A stretch of DNA of 64,000 nt from a phage. The position numbers were made by a program, and so were the translations under genes. The notes beneath the pieces are model-generated. The model searched no databases. It had not been told where the DNA came from and was given only the letters and a program-made list of their open reading frames with translations. Positions 48,771-58,829 of the stretch are shown here, in pieces. The DNA lies in the sequence record PZ179882.1, one strand, 5' to 3'. The stretch's first letter is position 1, and the number at the start of each line of letters is the position of its first letter.

Positions 48771-48987
48771 TGTAAACTGATTTTTTCAACTTTCTTACTT
48801 CACCACGTAATTGACGATTTAACTCATCTTTAACTTCTGAATCAATGCCTTTCATTCTACGCCATTTATCAGAGCGAAAAATGTTTTCAACCATATCTTT
48901 ATGACTTACACCATCAGGAGCTTTACGCTTTCCGAAATAGTCATAATCACGTACTTTTAAATCTTTACGACGATACGTTTTACCCAT
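48694..48987 (-). CDS. Hypothetical basic protein, ~97 aa
   Basis: Track ORF 48694..49032 begins at GTG and overlaps the 60-aa ORF; internal ATG 48985-48987. Confidence 0.4.
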   Translation of the reverse strand: MGKTYRRKDLKVRDYDYFGKRKAPDGVSHKDMVENIFRSDKWRRMKGIDSEVKDELNRQLRGEVRKLKKSVYIDDDFDYNTSQRVAKRKSNECYRYS

Positions 48988-49162
48988 GGAGTTTAATTTC
49001 CTTAGCAACTGAACTAAATACAGCACGGTCACAAATCATCTGTTTATGTAACTTAAGTATAAGATAATAAACTTCAAAACCGTTTACATAAGTAACACGA
49101 ACAACATTACCATTAATAAAATAATATTGTCCCTTTTTAATTTCTTTATCAACCACAACCAT
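48980..49162 (-). CDS. Hypothetical protein, 60 aa
   Basis: ORF track; ATG verified 49160-49162 with GAGGA SD. Confidence 0.5.
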   Translation of the reverse strand: MVVVDKEIKKGQYYFINGNVVRVTYVNGFEVYYLILKLHKQMICDRAVFSSVAKEIKLHG

Positions 49163-49320
49163 ATCAAATCCTCAAAGGCAATTCATATGTTAATAATACC
49201 ACAGTTTGAACTTCTTGTAAACAACTTTGTGAAAATTATTTTAGGGAATGATAAGAAGGGAACGATAGCTTAGAATGGTAATATACAGAATGTGAGAAAG
49301 AAGGACCCAGAGGGCCCGTC

Positions 49321-49629
49321 TTAGTCTTCTATGATATCTCTATCATATCCAAGTGAAATGAGAGTTTCTTTGAAATGTTTAATGTTCTTTTGTCTAGAAT
49401 CATTAATGAAAATGACTGGATAACGAATGTTAAGAGATGTGAATCCAGCGCGTTTAGCAAGAGATACAATCAGTGGACGATCATACTCAATCTTACCGTT
49501 ATTTGTAAGAACTTTATAGAAAGTAAAAGGAGCATTGAGCTCCTTTAGAAGTTTTGTAACTGATTGACATCCAGGACAACGACCTACTTCATCTGGAATT
49601 CCATAGACTTCAATCTTATTTTGTTTCAC
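49321..49629 (-). CDS. nrdH: Glutaredoxin-like protein NrdH
   Basis: 102 aa with CPGC redox motif; position upstream of nrdG/nrdD. Confidence 0.8.
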   Translation of the reverse strand: MKQNKIEVYGIPDEVGRCPGCQSVTKLLKELNAPFTFYKVLTNNGKIEYDRPLIVSLAKRAGFTSLNIRYPVIFINDSRQKNIKHFKETLISLGYDRDIIED

Positions 49630-49631
49630 AA

Positions 49632-49844
49632 CTATTCCTTACTGAGAGCAGCATTCAGCTTATTAGTAATTTTATCCAGACGCTCATTGAACTCACTAGA
49701 AGATAGTCCTTTTTCTGGAGAAATCAAACTAATCACGAAAAATATAGCAATAAAAGGAATAAGGAAAATAGCTCCAACTGCCATAAACAAAAAGAATGTT
49801 ACGGTTGTAAGAAAATCAGCTAAACCTTTACGAAATTTATACAT
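49632..49844 (-). CDS. Hypothetical membrane protein, 70 aa
   Basis: ORF track; single long hydrophobic segment. Confidence 0.5.
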   Translation of the reverse strand: MYKFRKGLADFLTTVTFFLFMAVGAIFLIPFIAIFFVISLISPEKGLSSSEFNERLDKITNKLNAALSKE

Positions 49845-49958
49845 ATTTACCCTTAATTGATTAACAAAGCATTGATAAGCACTAAACTATATTGCGAATA
49901 AAATTCTGGACCAAAATGAAAAATCATATCATTTATAGTGTCCATAATATAATTCAAT

Positions 49959-50429
49959 TTAATCATGTTTCCACACCCCATCGGTATTTGACCAAAGTCG
50001 CTGATTATCTGATCCTCGCCACAGCTTTTTGGTCGGAAGATTTTTCTCATACTTCCCATCAATAATAACATCAACATATTTAAGCATTTCTAGTTGTTTA
50101 ATATCTTCAAATTTATATCCTGTCCACAACCAAATGCTTTTATTGGGATAAAGATTTTTTACTGTTTGAACAATGCAATGAACAACATCTCGGTTATCAG
50201 GATAGAGAGGGTCTCCTCCAGTTATAGTTAATCCTTCTATATAATCATTATTCAAACATTCAATTAATTGTTCTAGTGTTTCACCAGTGAATGGAACGCC
50301 ATTTCTAGCGTTCCATGTTGATTTATTATAACACCCTTCACATTTATGCAAACAACCTGTAACGAAAAGAACGACCCTGCATCCAGGGCCATTCACAAAA
50401 TCGCAAGGATAAAATCTATCATAATTCAT
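49959..50429 (-). CDS. nrdG: Anaerobic ribonucleotide reductase activating protein NrdG (radical SAM)
   Basis: 156 aa; CxxxCxxC cluster (CLHKCEGC); ATG verified. Confidence 0.88.
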   Translation of the reverse strand: MNYDRFYPCDFVNGPGCRVVLFVTGCLHKCEGCYNKSTWNARNGVPFTGETLEQLIECLNNDYIEGLTITGGDPLYPDNRDVVHCIVQTVKNLYPNKSIWLWTGYKFEDIKQLEMLKYVDVIIDGKYEKNLPTKKLWRGSDNQRLWSNTDGVWKHD

Positions 50430-52243
50430 TGGTGTTTAACCCTATGCATGATTTCTTTATTTTTTCCAAGATTAAATCCGCGCTCGTTCGGATTTCCCAA
50501 ATAGCCACATGTTCTTCTTATTGTGTTCATCTTTTTAGGATCAGTTTCTCCACAAATAGAACAAACAAATCCGTTTTCAGTAGGAGTCATTTCATGGGTA
50601 CTTCCACACGTAAAACATTTATCTACTGGCATATTAACACCAAAATAATCTAAATGTTGTGCAGCATAATCCCATACAGCCTCAAGACCTTTTAGATTAT
50701 TTTTCATATCAGGAAGTTCAACATAAGAAATGTGACCGCCTGTCGCGATGAAATGATATGGGGCTTCGCGAGAAATCTTTTCAAACGGAGTAATATTTTC
50801 TTCTACTGAAACATGGAAACTGTTAGTGTACCAGCCTTTATCGGTAACATCTTTTACACTTCCATATTTTTCGGTATCAAGTTTACAGAAGCGATAGCAC
50901 AGGTTTTCAGCAGGAGTAGAATACAAGCTAAAAGCAAAACCAGTTCTTTCAGTCCACTGCTTAAGATGAGCATTCATTTTAGTTAAAATTTCTTGTCCAA
51001 TATCACGACCGACAAGAATATTCAATTCGTGAATACCAATGTATCCTAAGGACACTGAACTTCTACCGTTTTTAAATAACTCAATTATATCGTCATCGGG
51101 TTTAAGACGAACCCCGAATGCACCTTCTTGATAAAGAATAGGAGCAACAGTAGCTTTAACTCCTTTTAAGGAACTAATTCTACACATCAATGCTTCAAAA
51201 CATAAATTCATTCGCTCATTGAACAATTCAGTAAATTTCTGTTCATTGAACTGTGTTCCAATATAAGAATCTAACGCAATACGAGGAAGATTCAGTGTTA
51301 CAACACCAAGATTATTACGTCCATCAAGAATTTCATTACCAGTCGAATCTTTCCATACGCCCAAGAAACTACGGCAACCCATTGGAGAAACAGGAATAGA
51401 TGAACCAGTGATAGCTTTATTGTTCTTAGCTGAAATAATATCAGGATACATTCTTTTGCTTGCACACTCTAGAGCAAGCTGCTTAATATCATAGTTCGGA
51501 TCGTCTTTATAAAGATTAACACCCTCTTCAACGAACATAACAAGTTTAGGGAAAATAGGAGTTATCCCATCACGACCGAGACCTTTAATACGATTTTTCA
51601 GAATTGCTTTCTGAATCATTCGTTCAGTCCAGTCAGTTCCAGTACCAAATGTAATTGTTACAAAAGGCGTTTGTCCATTTGAACTAAAGAGAGTATTTAC
51701 TTCATATTCATAAGCTTGGAACGCATCGTATACGTCTTTTTCTGTTTTAGATTGGGCATAATTCAATGCATCAGCGATTTGCCATTTTTCTGCGTCCTCA
51801 ATATGTTTTGCATAGGTGCGTTTAACATAAGGAGAAAGTACTTTGTCTACATTCGCAAAAGTCGTTCCGCCGTATTGATGGGAAGCAACTTGCGCAGTAA
51901 TTTGCGCCATAATTGCAGTAGCAACGCCAATTGATTTAGGAGTTTCAATCTGTGCATTACCAAGCTTAAATCCGTTTTCAAGCATTCCTTTTAAATCTAC
52001 TAAACAGCAATTAGTAAATGGAAGAGCAGGGGAATAATCAATATCGTGGAAATGGATAATTCCGCTTTCATGCGCTTTCATAATAAAAGACGGGACCATA
52101 TTTTTGGCAATGTGTTTAGACACAATACCAGCCATAAGGTCCCGTTGAGTTGGAAAAACACGAGAATCTTTATTAGCATTCTCGTTTAAAAGGTCTTTAT
52201 TAGTTTTATGAATCAATCCTTCAATTTCTTTTTCAATTGTCAT
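50426..52243 (-). CDS. nrdD: Anaerobic ribonucleoside-triphosphate reductase NrdD (uninterrupted)
   Basis: 605 aa in one frame; C-terminal glycyl-radical motif RRTCGYLG and Zn ribbon CFTCGS...CSIC. Confidence 0.92.
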   Translation of the reverse strand: MTIEKEIEGLIHKTNKDLLNENANKDSRVFPTQRDLMAGIVSKHIAKNMVPSFIMKAHESGIIHFHDIDYSPALPFTNCCLVDLKGMLENGFKLGNAQIETPKSIGVATAIMAQITAQVASHQYGGTTFANVDKVLSPYVKRTYAKHIEDAEKWQIADALNYAQSKTEKDVYDAFQAYEYEVNTLFSSNGQTPFVTITFGTGTDWTERMIQKAILKNRIKGLGRDGITPIFPKLVMFVEEGVNLYKDDPNYDIKQLALECASKRMYPDIISAKNNKAITGSSIPVSPMGCRSFLGVWKDSTGNEILDGRNNLGVVTLNLPRIALDSYIGTQFNEQKFTELFNERMNLCFEALMCRISSLKGVKATVAPILYQEGAFGVRLKPDDDIIELFKNGRSSVSLGYIGIHELNILVGRDIGQEILTKMNAHLKQWTERTGFAFSLYSTPAENLCYRFCKLDTEKYGSVKDVTDKGWYTNSFHVSVEENITPFEKISREAPYHFIATGGHISYVELPDMKNNLKGLEAVWDYAAQHLDYFGVNMPVDKCFTCGSTHEMTPTENGFVCSICGETDPKKMNTIRRTCGYLGNPNERGFNLGKNKEIMHRVKHQ

Positions 52244-52713
52244 TTTAAACTCTTTCTAAGCTGCTTCTTAAATGAAGCTATTAACTGTGTTTTAGTATCA
52301 GATTCATTATATTCAAATCCTCTTTGAAGCATCTCGGCCATCATTTCCTCTTTTCCTAAACGAGAAAATTCCTTTGATTTATCTCCAACAAAGTTAGGGT
52401 GAATATTATTTTGGGTGTAATCGGATTTTAAATAAGTAAGTAAATTTTCTAACCATTCAAGATAATCAACACCTTGTCCCTTTAAGCCAGAACGATTAAA
52501 TTTATGCTTCATTTGACCTTCTGCGGCATTGCAGAGATTACAAAGCAATCCACGTATCTTTCCTGCTTTTGGTCCATTTAATTCATGGTCATGATCAAGA
52601 TGATTAGCTTGAACATCAGGATTTAGTTCTCGTTGGCAAATTAAGCATTTACCGTTTTGTGCATTATAAAATTTTTGTTTTTCTTCTTTGTATAATTTGC
52701 CAGTCAATAACAT
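52240..52713 (-). CDS. 49: Endonuclease VII gp49 (Holliday junction resolvase)
   Basis: 157 aa; MLLTGKLYKEEKQKFYNAQNGKCLICQRELNPDVQANHLDHDHELNG matches remembered T4 endo VII. Confidence 0.92.
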   Translation of the reverse strand: MLLTGKLYKEEKQKFYNAQNGKCLICQRELNPDVQANHLDHDHELNGPKAGKIRGLLCNLCNAAEGQMKHKFNRSGLKGQGVDYLEWLENLLTYLKSDYTQNNIHPNFVGDKSKEFSRLGKEEMMAEMLQRGFEYNESDTKTQLIASFKKQLRKSLK

Positions 52714-52755
52714 AATAAAACCCTTACCTTAAATAGATAAGGGTATTTATTATTT

Positions 52756-52932
52756 TTAAGTATTGTAAAACATTCGATGCAATCGTTTATACTGTCGAAT
52801 CATCTTTTTAGTAGGACGAGAATAGGTTCCTACGCAAGTGGTCATATGAGGGTCCGTAGAATGTCCTTTAATAAAAAGTTTCCAAACCTTACCGCCATTT
52901 AACTTTTCAGTATAAACCAATTCGGTTTTCAT
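52756..52932 (-). CDS. Small ORF (58 aa) whose C-terminus duplicates the pin C-terminus; not in ORF track
   Basis: Hand translation MKTELVYTEKLNGGKVWKLFIKGHSTDPHMTTCVGTYSRPTKKMIRQYKRLHRMFYNT; last 16 codons lie in repeat 52758-52801. Confidence 0.35.
   Translation of the reverse strand: MKTELVYTEKLNGGKVWKLFIKGHSTDPHMTTCVGTYSRPTKKMIRQYKRLHRMFYNT
52758..52801. repeat. Repeat R1 (copy of pin 3' coding end)
   Basis: 44 bp, about 5 mismatches versus 52972-53015. Confidence 0.7.
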
Positions 52933-52969
52933 TAAAATGTCCTGTCAGAAAAAGAATTTTGAGTTTTTT

Positions 52970-53455
52970 TCAAGTATTATAAAACATTTGATGCAATCGC
53001 TTATATTGCCGAATCTTTTGGTCAGAAAAAGAAATTTGAGTTTCAAGCCATTCAATGTACTCTGCGGCAGCTTGCATCAGGTTACCTTCATAGCCATCGT
53101 TATTTTCTTGCGCAGCTAATTTAGCTAATGCGTATGAAATACGTTCACCTTGAAAAGAGGCTTCAGGCTTCTGAACATCTTGGCTAGTTCTCTCTACAAC
53201 TTCTTCAATTTCGCCATTTTCGACTGATTCAGTATTCCACAAGCACCAATACGTAATTGGCTTATCGTAGATGTTAATAATCTTTCCGTCGGAAAGTTCA
53301 ATTTCAATAATTCCAGTATCAGGTTCTATATCATCTTCACATTCTTTTGCAAGTTCACGAACTTTAAAGACAGTACCTGCACTAAGTTCCGGCCAGTAAT
53401 TACACAGCCCTATATCAACACGATTAATTCTAAACCACTTATCTACTGTAATCAT
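52970..53455 (-). CDS. pin: Pin (inhibitor of host Lon protease)-like protein
   Basis: Track ORF starts at TTG; ATG 53453-53455 gives 161 aa, the size I recall for T4 PinA; position after gene 49. Confidence 0.6.
   Translation of the reverse strand: MITVDKWFRINRVDIGLCNYWPELSAGTVFKVRELAKECEDDIEPDTGIIEIELSDGKIINIYDKPITYWCLWNTESVENGEIEEVVERTSQDVQKPEASFQGERISYALAKLAAQENNDGYEGNLMQAAAEYIEWLETQISFSDQKIRQYKRLHQMFYNT
52972..53015. repeat. Repeat R2 (pin 3' coding end)
   Basis: 44 bp; adjacent 20-bp element gtcagaaaaagaa(a/t)tttgag also duplicated (52944-52963 and 53021-53040). Confidence 0.7.
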
Positions 53456-53577
53456 GTCCCATCTCCATATCAATTAAGTCATTTATCGTTGGTTCATTAT
53501 ATACTGTTTCTTCATCAGTGTAAACCGGTTCTTCCGGCTCTGGCTCTACAGTTTCCCATCTAGCCGCCCACCAAGGT

Positions 53578-53748
53578 TTAACCCCGAAGCTTATTAAGTT
53601 CTTCATAATCAATCCAGGATTCTAATCCTGATGGCAAATCAGATTCAATTTCCCAAAGAAGCTCTTCAATTTTCTGAAGACGATCTAGTTCTTCGGCTGG
53701 AATAGTAACCATTGACGGAGCTCGTGATACATTAATATCGTAAATCAT
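53578..53748 (-). CDS. Small acidic protein, 56 aa, not in ORF track
   Basis: Hand translation MIYDINVSRAPSMVTIPAEELDRLQKIEELLWEIESDLPSGLESWIDYEELNKLRG; abuts neighbouring genes. Confidence 0.35.
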   Translation of the reverse strand: MIYDINVSRAPSMVTIPAEELDRLQKIEELLWEIESDLPSGLESWIDYEELNKLRG

Positions 53749-53750
53749 AT

Positions 53751-53966
53751 TTACCCCAATTTAACCATACAATCGCCGTATTTCCACTTAGAAATAGACT
53801 TTTCACCATTAGAATAATAAACTTCGAGTTTAGCACGATTATTTTTAATTTGAATAACCTTGGCTGTCATCAAAGTTCCATACCCATAATAAACTGCAAC
53901 TTCATCACCTACATATACCGCGCTTCCGCGGTAATCATGAATATAGTCAGTTCCTTCGAGCATCAT
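53751..53966 (-). CDS. Hypothetical protein, 71 aa
   Basis: ORF track; ATGA coupling with nrdC. Confidence 0.5.
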   Translation of the reverse strand: MMLEGTDYIHDYRGSAVYVGDEVAVYYGYGTLMTAKVIQIKNNRAKLEVYYSNGEKSISKWKYGDCMVKLG

Positions 53967-54226
53967 TTAAAATATTCTCGCAGTTGGTCAAATCCACCAA
54001 TATGACTTCCATCAGGAGCAAATACCTGGGGCATTGTCAAGCCGATTTGAGTATCACGACCTAGTTTAGTCAGAAGCTCAGCAATTTTCTCATCATCAAA
54101 AACACCTTTTTCCGGCATAATGTTGATAAATTCAAACGGCTGTTTCTTCACGGTCAAAAGACGTTTTGCATTATCGCAATACACACATTTATGAATGTTG
54201 CTATCATAACCATATACTTTAAACAT
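53963..54226 (-). CDS. nrdC: Thioredoxin/glutaredoxin NrdC
   Basis: 87 aa; MFKVYGYDSNIHKCVYCDNAKRLL with CVYC redox motif matches remembered T4 NrdC. Confidence 0.88.
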   Translation of the reverse strand: MFKVYGYDSNIHKCVYCDNAKRLLTVKKQPFEFINIMPEKGVFDDEKIAELLTKLGRDTQIGLTMPQVFAPDGSHIGGFDQLREYFK

Positions 54227-54227
54227 A

Positions 54228-54470
54228 TTATTCCTTAATTCCTAGTACTTGTTTAAAAGTCTCGTCGTAATCAAGACTTTGGCCCGTTTGTTCTTTATGT
54301 TTGTATATAATATCACTTACTTCTGATAGCATATTTTTATATGAACGAGTTAAAGCAGATTTAAGCACGCTGTATCTATCAGGAAATTTACCATGTTCAT
54401 TATAATAAGCTATTGCTAATTCACGGACTGCCTTTTCAGCAGCCTCCATATATTCTTTACGCTTGGTCAT
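54228..54470 (-). CDS. Hypothetical protein (nrdC.1-like), 80 aa
   Basis: ORF track. Confidence 0.5.
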   Translation of the reverse strand: MTKRKEYMEAAEKAVRELAIAYYNEHGKFPDRYSVLKSALTRSYKNMLSEVSDIIYKHKEQTGQSLDYDETFKQVLGIKE

Positions 54471-54472
54471 TT

Positions 54473-54862
54473 TTAATCCAAAATATTATTAGGCATTGGT
54501 TGAACACTCACAAGTTCTTTAAAGAACTCAGTAGAGTCAGGCAATTTAACCATTTCCGGAGCATGCTTACTGAATTTATGTTTACATTGACGGCATTTAT
54601 ATTCAAGCTCTGGTTTACGCCAGTTAATCAATTGAACTTGTTCAGTACCGCATTCAGGGCAATTAGGAACGTTTTTAGAAGCTCTTTCACGTCGTTCAAC
54701 CATAGCCATAATAGCATCCCATGCTGGAGGTTTAAAATCTAAATCGTCGCAGCCGTGAATCTTTCCACGCATTTCTAGATCGTCTTCTTCACCAGCCATA
54801 ATAATTTTAATTAAACTGGAATTACTTGAAGCTGCAATGTCTTCTAATAAACGCTTTTTCAT
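54473..54862 (-). CDS. Zinc-ribbon protein, 129 aa
   Basis: CPECGTEQ...CRQCKHKF four-Cys motif. Confidence 0.5.
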   Translation of the reverse strand: MKKRLLEDIAASSNSSLIKIIMAGEEDDLEMRGKIHGCDDLDFKPPAWDAIMAMVERRERASKNVPNCPECGTEQVQLINWRKPELEYKCRQCKHKFSKHAPEMVKLPDSTEFFKELVSVQPMPNNILD

Positions 54863-55788
54863 TTCAATACCTCAATAGCATTACGTAAACCATTTGCTTT
54901 GGCGGTTAAAGCCTTAAGAACTTTAGTATGATCTTCAATCTGTTTTTCAACTTCAATTAAGCGTGTATTAAGATATTCGCGTTCTTCGCTCAGATTATCA
55001 GCCTTTTCTGCTTTAGGTTCTTTTACAACTGGCTTATACGTATTAGGGTTCTTCAATTTAATTAGAATGCGTGAACTGTATAACATTGAACCATTATCTT
55101 CGGTTTCATCATACATTTCCACTACGTCCATCATCTCCACCATCGTGCAGAGTTTATAAGACAACGAACGAATAGTTTTGTTGTGCTTATTAATTTCTCT
55201 AGCTGTCATGGTGCCGAGATTACGTGAGTAATAATAAGGAACCTGGATATTAATTAATACTGATGAACCACCTGGCTTGTGTGTTACTTCATCAGCAATA
55301 ACCCAGTCCTTAACATGAACTGTATTTGTACGGTCATCGCCCGCGGTAAATAGTTTACGAGCATGCTTAAAAAGCATATTCACTTGGTCATTGAATTGAC
55401 AGGCGAATTTATCAGCAAATTTAGTTTCAGGAATGGTAGATAACCAATCAGCCAAATGGGTCTTTTTAACATCGTTAACAATAGTAAATTCAACCAAATC
55501 GGTTATAGATGTCGCAGATTTAATGAAGCTCGGCTTCATAAAGTTTTTAATGTTATCACTAGCTACAGTAGAAGATAACAGACGAGAACGTTTAAACCAT
55601 TGAAGCAAATTGCCTAACGAATGAGAATAAGCGTTTTGAGTATCTTTACAGATATGATTTTCCTGGCCAACATATTGAAGGAAATCACGAAGAATATTAT
55701 TGATTACTGCTCTGTGCCCGATCTGATAATTACGATGTTTAGTAATAAGACTGTCAAAATAATCAATATAATGTTTACGAGTTTTCAT
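54859..55788 (-). CDS. Member A of four-gene paralog array, C-terminal coiled coil (309 aa)
   Basis: Shares SRLLS and LF+xxRKL/ASRL-type motifs with the three following ORFs; C-terminal heptad-like segment. Confidence 0.55.
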   Translation of the reverse strand: MKTRKHYIDYFDSLITKHRNYQIGHRAVINNILRDFLQYVGQENHICKDTQNAYSHSLGNLLQWFKRSRLLSSTVASDNIKNFMKPSFIKSATSITDLVEFTIVNDVKKTHLADWLSTIPETKFADKFACQFNDQVNMLFKHARKLFTAGDDRTNTVHVKDWVIADEVTHKPGGSSVLINIQVPYYYSRNLGTMTAREINKHNKTIRSLSYKLCTMVEMMDVVEMYDETEDNGSMLYSSRILIKLKNPNTYKPVVKEPKAEKADNLSEEREYLNTRLIEVEKQIEDHTKVLKALTAKANGLRNAIEVLK

Positions 55789-55840
55789 GTTCTTCTCACT
55801 TGGTTAATGATTTATACTCCGAGCCATCCTTGGCTTTAAA

Positions 55841-56842
55841 TTACTTAATTAACTGTAAAGCTTGTTCAAGACGATCCAGGCGATTAACAGATTCTTCCCA
55901 AATCCTTTTAGCCTGCTCATATTCTTTCTGCGCTTTATTAGAAATTTCTAGAGCTTCTTTATAAGCTTTTTCTAGTGCAATAACTTCTGGACGAATTTCT
56001 ACCGGTTCAGGCGAATCATCAAGACATTCCATTAGTTCCTCAAGGGTAGTTTCTTCTTTAGGAGTATTCACAATTTCATCACATTTTTGTTGGTAAATTT
56101 CTTTATCAGTCGGTAAATAAGCACATTTCACTTCACGAAGACTAACTACAATTTTATATCCTTCCCAACCGCATATACTCTTAAAAGGATACGTATGAAT
56201 ATTTTCTACTGTTTCCATACAAAGTAATGCAGTCTCTAATTGACGAGTTATATCACTAGCAATTGAGAAAAATTTATTAATGTTCTTTTGATTAGCTTCT
56301 GGCGTAAAAAATCCATAATTCACAAAAATAGCTGCTTTATTTTTATCAAGTTCATATTCTTTTATGATAATCATATCAGAAGCCCAAGGATGAATTTGAC
56401 GATAATCACCATAGCATAATTTAGAAGCTGATTTTAGAATTTGCTTTTTGAAAAGTCTGAAATTACTAATCCAACGACGAGTAAAAATATTCTCAGGGTC
56501 TTCTTTAATATTAAGATGATAAGAATTAACATCACCGAACCAATTATATCCTACTACATCTTTAGTTCGTTTAATTTCTTTCCCAAATTTACCAAGAATA
56601 TCCTGATTAACTAAATATGAAAGAAGACGAGAACCTTTAAAGGTTTCCTTAATATCACTTTTATCTTCGCGACTAGAAATTTTATGAACTTCATGAATAA
56701 ATTTGCTGGAAGAAACAATGCTTACATCAATATTATTGAGCCATTGATTGATAATGGAAATAACGTTATTCTGACTAGACATAGGTTTAACTTTATCATC
56801 AATAACACTATTGAATGATTTGATATATTCGTTACGAGTCAT
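55841..56842 (-). CDS. Member B of paralog array (333 aa)
   Basis: Track ORF start falls inside promoter -10 at 56871; ATG 56840-56842 with GAGGAG SD; motif FRLFKKQILKSASKL aligns with member C. Confidence 0.55.
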   Translation of the reverse strand: MTRNEYIKSFNSVIDDKVKPMSSQNNVISIINQWLNNIDVSIVSSSKFIHEVHKISSREDKSDIKETFKGSRLLSYLVNQDILGKFGKEIKRTKDVVGYNWFGDVNSYHLNIKEDPENIFTRRWISNFRLFKKQILKSASKLCYGDYRQIHPWASDMIIIKEYELDKNKAAIFVNYGFFTPEANQKNINKFFSIASDITRQLETALLCMETVENIHTYPFKSICGWEGYKIVVSLREVKCAYLPTDKEIYQQKCDEIVNTPKEETTLEELMECLDDSPEPVEIRPEVIALEKAYKEALEISNKAQKEYEQAKRIWEESVNRLDRLEQALQLIK

Positions 56843-56870
56843 ATTAATCTCCTCAGTAGAAAGTAAGAAC

Positions 56871-56900
56871 ATTATACCACATCCTTGTGGTAAAGTAAAC
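56871..56900 (-). promoter_or_regulatory. Early promoter cassette (identical twin of 13335-13364) inside paralog array
   Basis: Same 30-mer; -35 overlaps TAG stop of paralog C; drives paralog B. Confidence 0.6.
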
Positions 56901-57922
56901 TAGTTCAGTGCATTTAGTGCATTGTTCAGTTTAGAACGTTGCTTCGTGAGATTTTTGACTTTTTCTTGAGCTTTTTCTAGCGTCTTTTCAGCTTCTAGCA
57001 CTTCATTAGTTGCTTTAACGAGTTCATCATCTACTGCCTTGATAGACTTCTCAATCGCATCTGCATGCCATTTTTCAACAGGTTTAAGACTCGGATTTTC
57101 AATAGGAAGAAAATTCACTTTATTGAATTTCCATGCATCTTTATTACCTGAACTATACATCCAAAATTTAGGATCGTTTGATGAGTAATTGGATAAATTT
57201 AAGTTATCTTGCACTTCCTGCTTTTTCTCTTGTGTGACTTCGTCCTTTCTCAAAAAATCGTATTTAAATGAAACGATCATATCAAGTTCATATGTTGTTG
57301 TATGTTCCCAATTTCGCTCAAAATGAGGTAAAATCTTAGACTGAACAGCGGCAACAACATCCATATACTTAAATGCTTCTGTCAACTGTGATTTAAGGCA
57401 TTCACAAATTGAAAGAGAATTTTTTGTATTAGGTTTAAAGCTAATTCGTGCAGTTCTATTATTTTCTTTTAATGGTCTTACTTCCATCTGAAGAGTATAA
57501 CCATCAAATTTCAGGTTCTTTAAGTTAATGTCAGAACCTTTTAATCGACTAGCCGTCGACAAAATTTGCTTTAATTGTCTACGGAACAGAGCAATAAATC
57601 TCCATTCAATACGATAATGATTTGGATTGAAAAATCCAGATGATAAATCGACCTTACTTTGACCAACGCCTTGAACAAATAGAGGATTTTTATAATCAAT
57701 AGTTTTACAGAAATCGGTGAGCAGCTCACGAGCCGTCATTTGTGTAATATACCCTGCTTTACTAAAATTACGCACCCATTCACTGCTATTCGTATACTTA
57801 AAGTGATGAATAACACGATTAACTTTATCAGGGTCTAAATTATTTTCACACAAAAATGTCATAACATCACGAGTATAACTGGCATTACGAACTATATCTT
57901 CAATTTGAGAACGAGTTTTCAT
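56900..57922 (-). CDS. Member C of paralog array (340 aa)
   Basis: Motif ALFRRQLKQILSTASRLKG; C-terminal coiled coil; stop codon fused to promoter -35. Confidence 0.55.
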   Translation of the reverse strand: MKTRSQIEDIVRNASYTRDVMTFLCENNLDPDKVNRVIHHFKYTNSSEWVRNFSKAGYITQMTARELLTDFCKTIDYKNPLFVQGVGQSKVDLSSGFFNPNHYRIEWRFIALFRRQLKQILSTASRLKGSDINLKNLKFDGYTLQMEVRPLKENNRTARISFKPNTKNSLSICECLKSQLTEAFKYMDVVAAVQSKILPHFERNWEHTTTYELDMIVSFKYDFLRKDEVTQEKKQEVQDNLNLSNYSSNDPKFWMYSSGNKDAWKFNKVNFLPIENPSLKPVEKWHADAIEKSIKAVDDELVKATNEVLEAEKTLEKAQEKVKNLTKQRSKLNNALNALN

Positions 57923-57930
57923 GGTATTCC

Positions 57931-58818
57931 TTAAGATTTAAGTAAATCAACAATTTTAATTAACTTTTCACGCTCAGATTTAGCTTTACTACTCAATCCA
58001 GATAGTCTGAAAATTTCATCATCATATTGCTGAATAGAAATATTTAGCTCTTCAATCTGCTTATTAAAATAAGCAATTTGTTCAGAATGTTTTTCATTAC
58101 TGCGAACTGGTACAGGTTTTGTAGGTAATTTAGTTGAACTGGATTCATCTGGGCGATAAATTAAAATGCAATTTGAACCAATCGGACATTTAGCACCAGA
58201 CACATATTCTAATGTTCCGGCTTCTTTTAAAACTTCAAAAGCTAAACAGAGATGATGCCCCATATTAACATAATCTGTAGAGCGAGCTCTGATGTAATAA
58301 TCATCTCCACGAGTACTAAATTTAAAGCATTTAAGGTCTTCTGTATTATTGGTCTTAAAAATCATTTGTTTATCTAGACCTTTAGCTAATCGAGCGCCTA
58401 ATGCTAATAATCGTCGTTGATTTTCCCACAAATCCGCAATCATTTGGTCAAATGATAATTTCGGCATTAGTCGACCATAAAGGTCATATCCTTTATTATA
58501 ATTGCGAAGGATTTCACTCGCATTAATACGAGACAACGCTCCAATTTTATTAAGGGCTTTCATGATGCGATTAGATAAACCCATTCCAGATCCGTTTGTT
58601 CGTTGCAAATGTTTATCTAATCCAAACCCAATATCAACTTTAAATTTATCTAAAATTTCAGCATGAACATCTCTGTCAATAACATTCAAATCCAAAGTTG
58701 GGTTAAATCTATGAAAAAATTTATCTGGCTCTCCACGACGAAGTACAGTCCATTCATTTAATTTTTTATTAACTAAAGATTTAATTACTGCATTGACATT
58801 ATTAATTACTACTGACAT
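57931..58818 (-). CDS. Member D of paralog array (~295 aa)
   Basis: Track start is TTG; ATG 58816-58818 with GAGGA SD; motif WENQRRLLALGARLAKG; C-terminal coiled coil. Confidence 0.55.
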   Translation of the reverse strand: MSVVINNVNAVIKSLVNKKLNEWTVLRRGEPDKFFHRFNPTLDLNVIDRDVHAEILDKFKVDIGFGLDKHLQRTNGSGMGLSNRIMKALNKIGALSRINASEILRNYNKGYDLYGRLMPKLSFDQMIADLWENQRRLLALGARLAKGLDKQMIFKTNNTEDLKCFKFSTRGDDYYIRARSTDYVNMGHHLCLAFEVLKEAGTLEYVSGAKCPIGSNCILIYRPDESSSTKLPTKPVPVRSNEKHSEQIAYFNKQIEELNISIQQYDDEIFRLSGLSSKAKSEREKLIKIVDLLKS

Positions 58819-58829
58819 ATTTTCCTCAC

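Noticed and set aside
50426-52243. Looked for a group I intron/homing endonuclease inside nrdD as in T4
   Set aside because: The nrdD reading frame is continuous over 605 codons; no intron-sized interruption.
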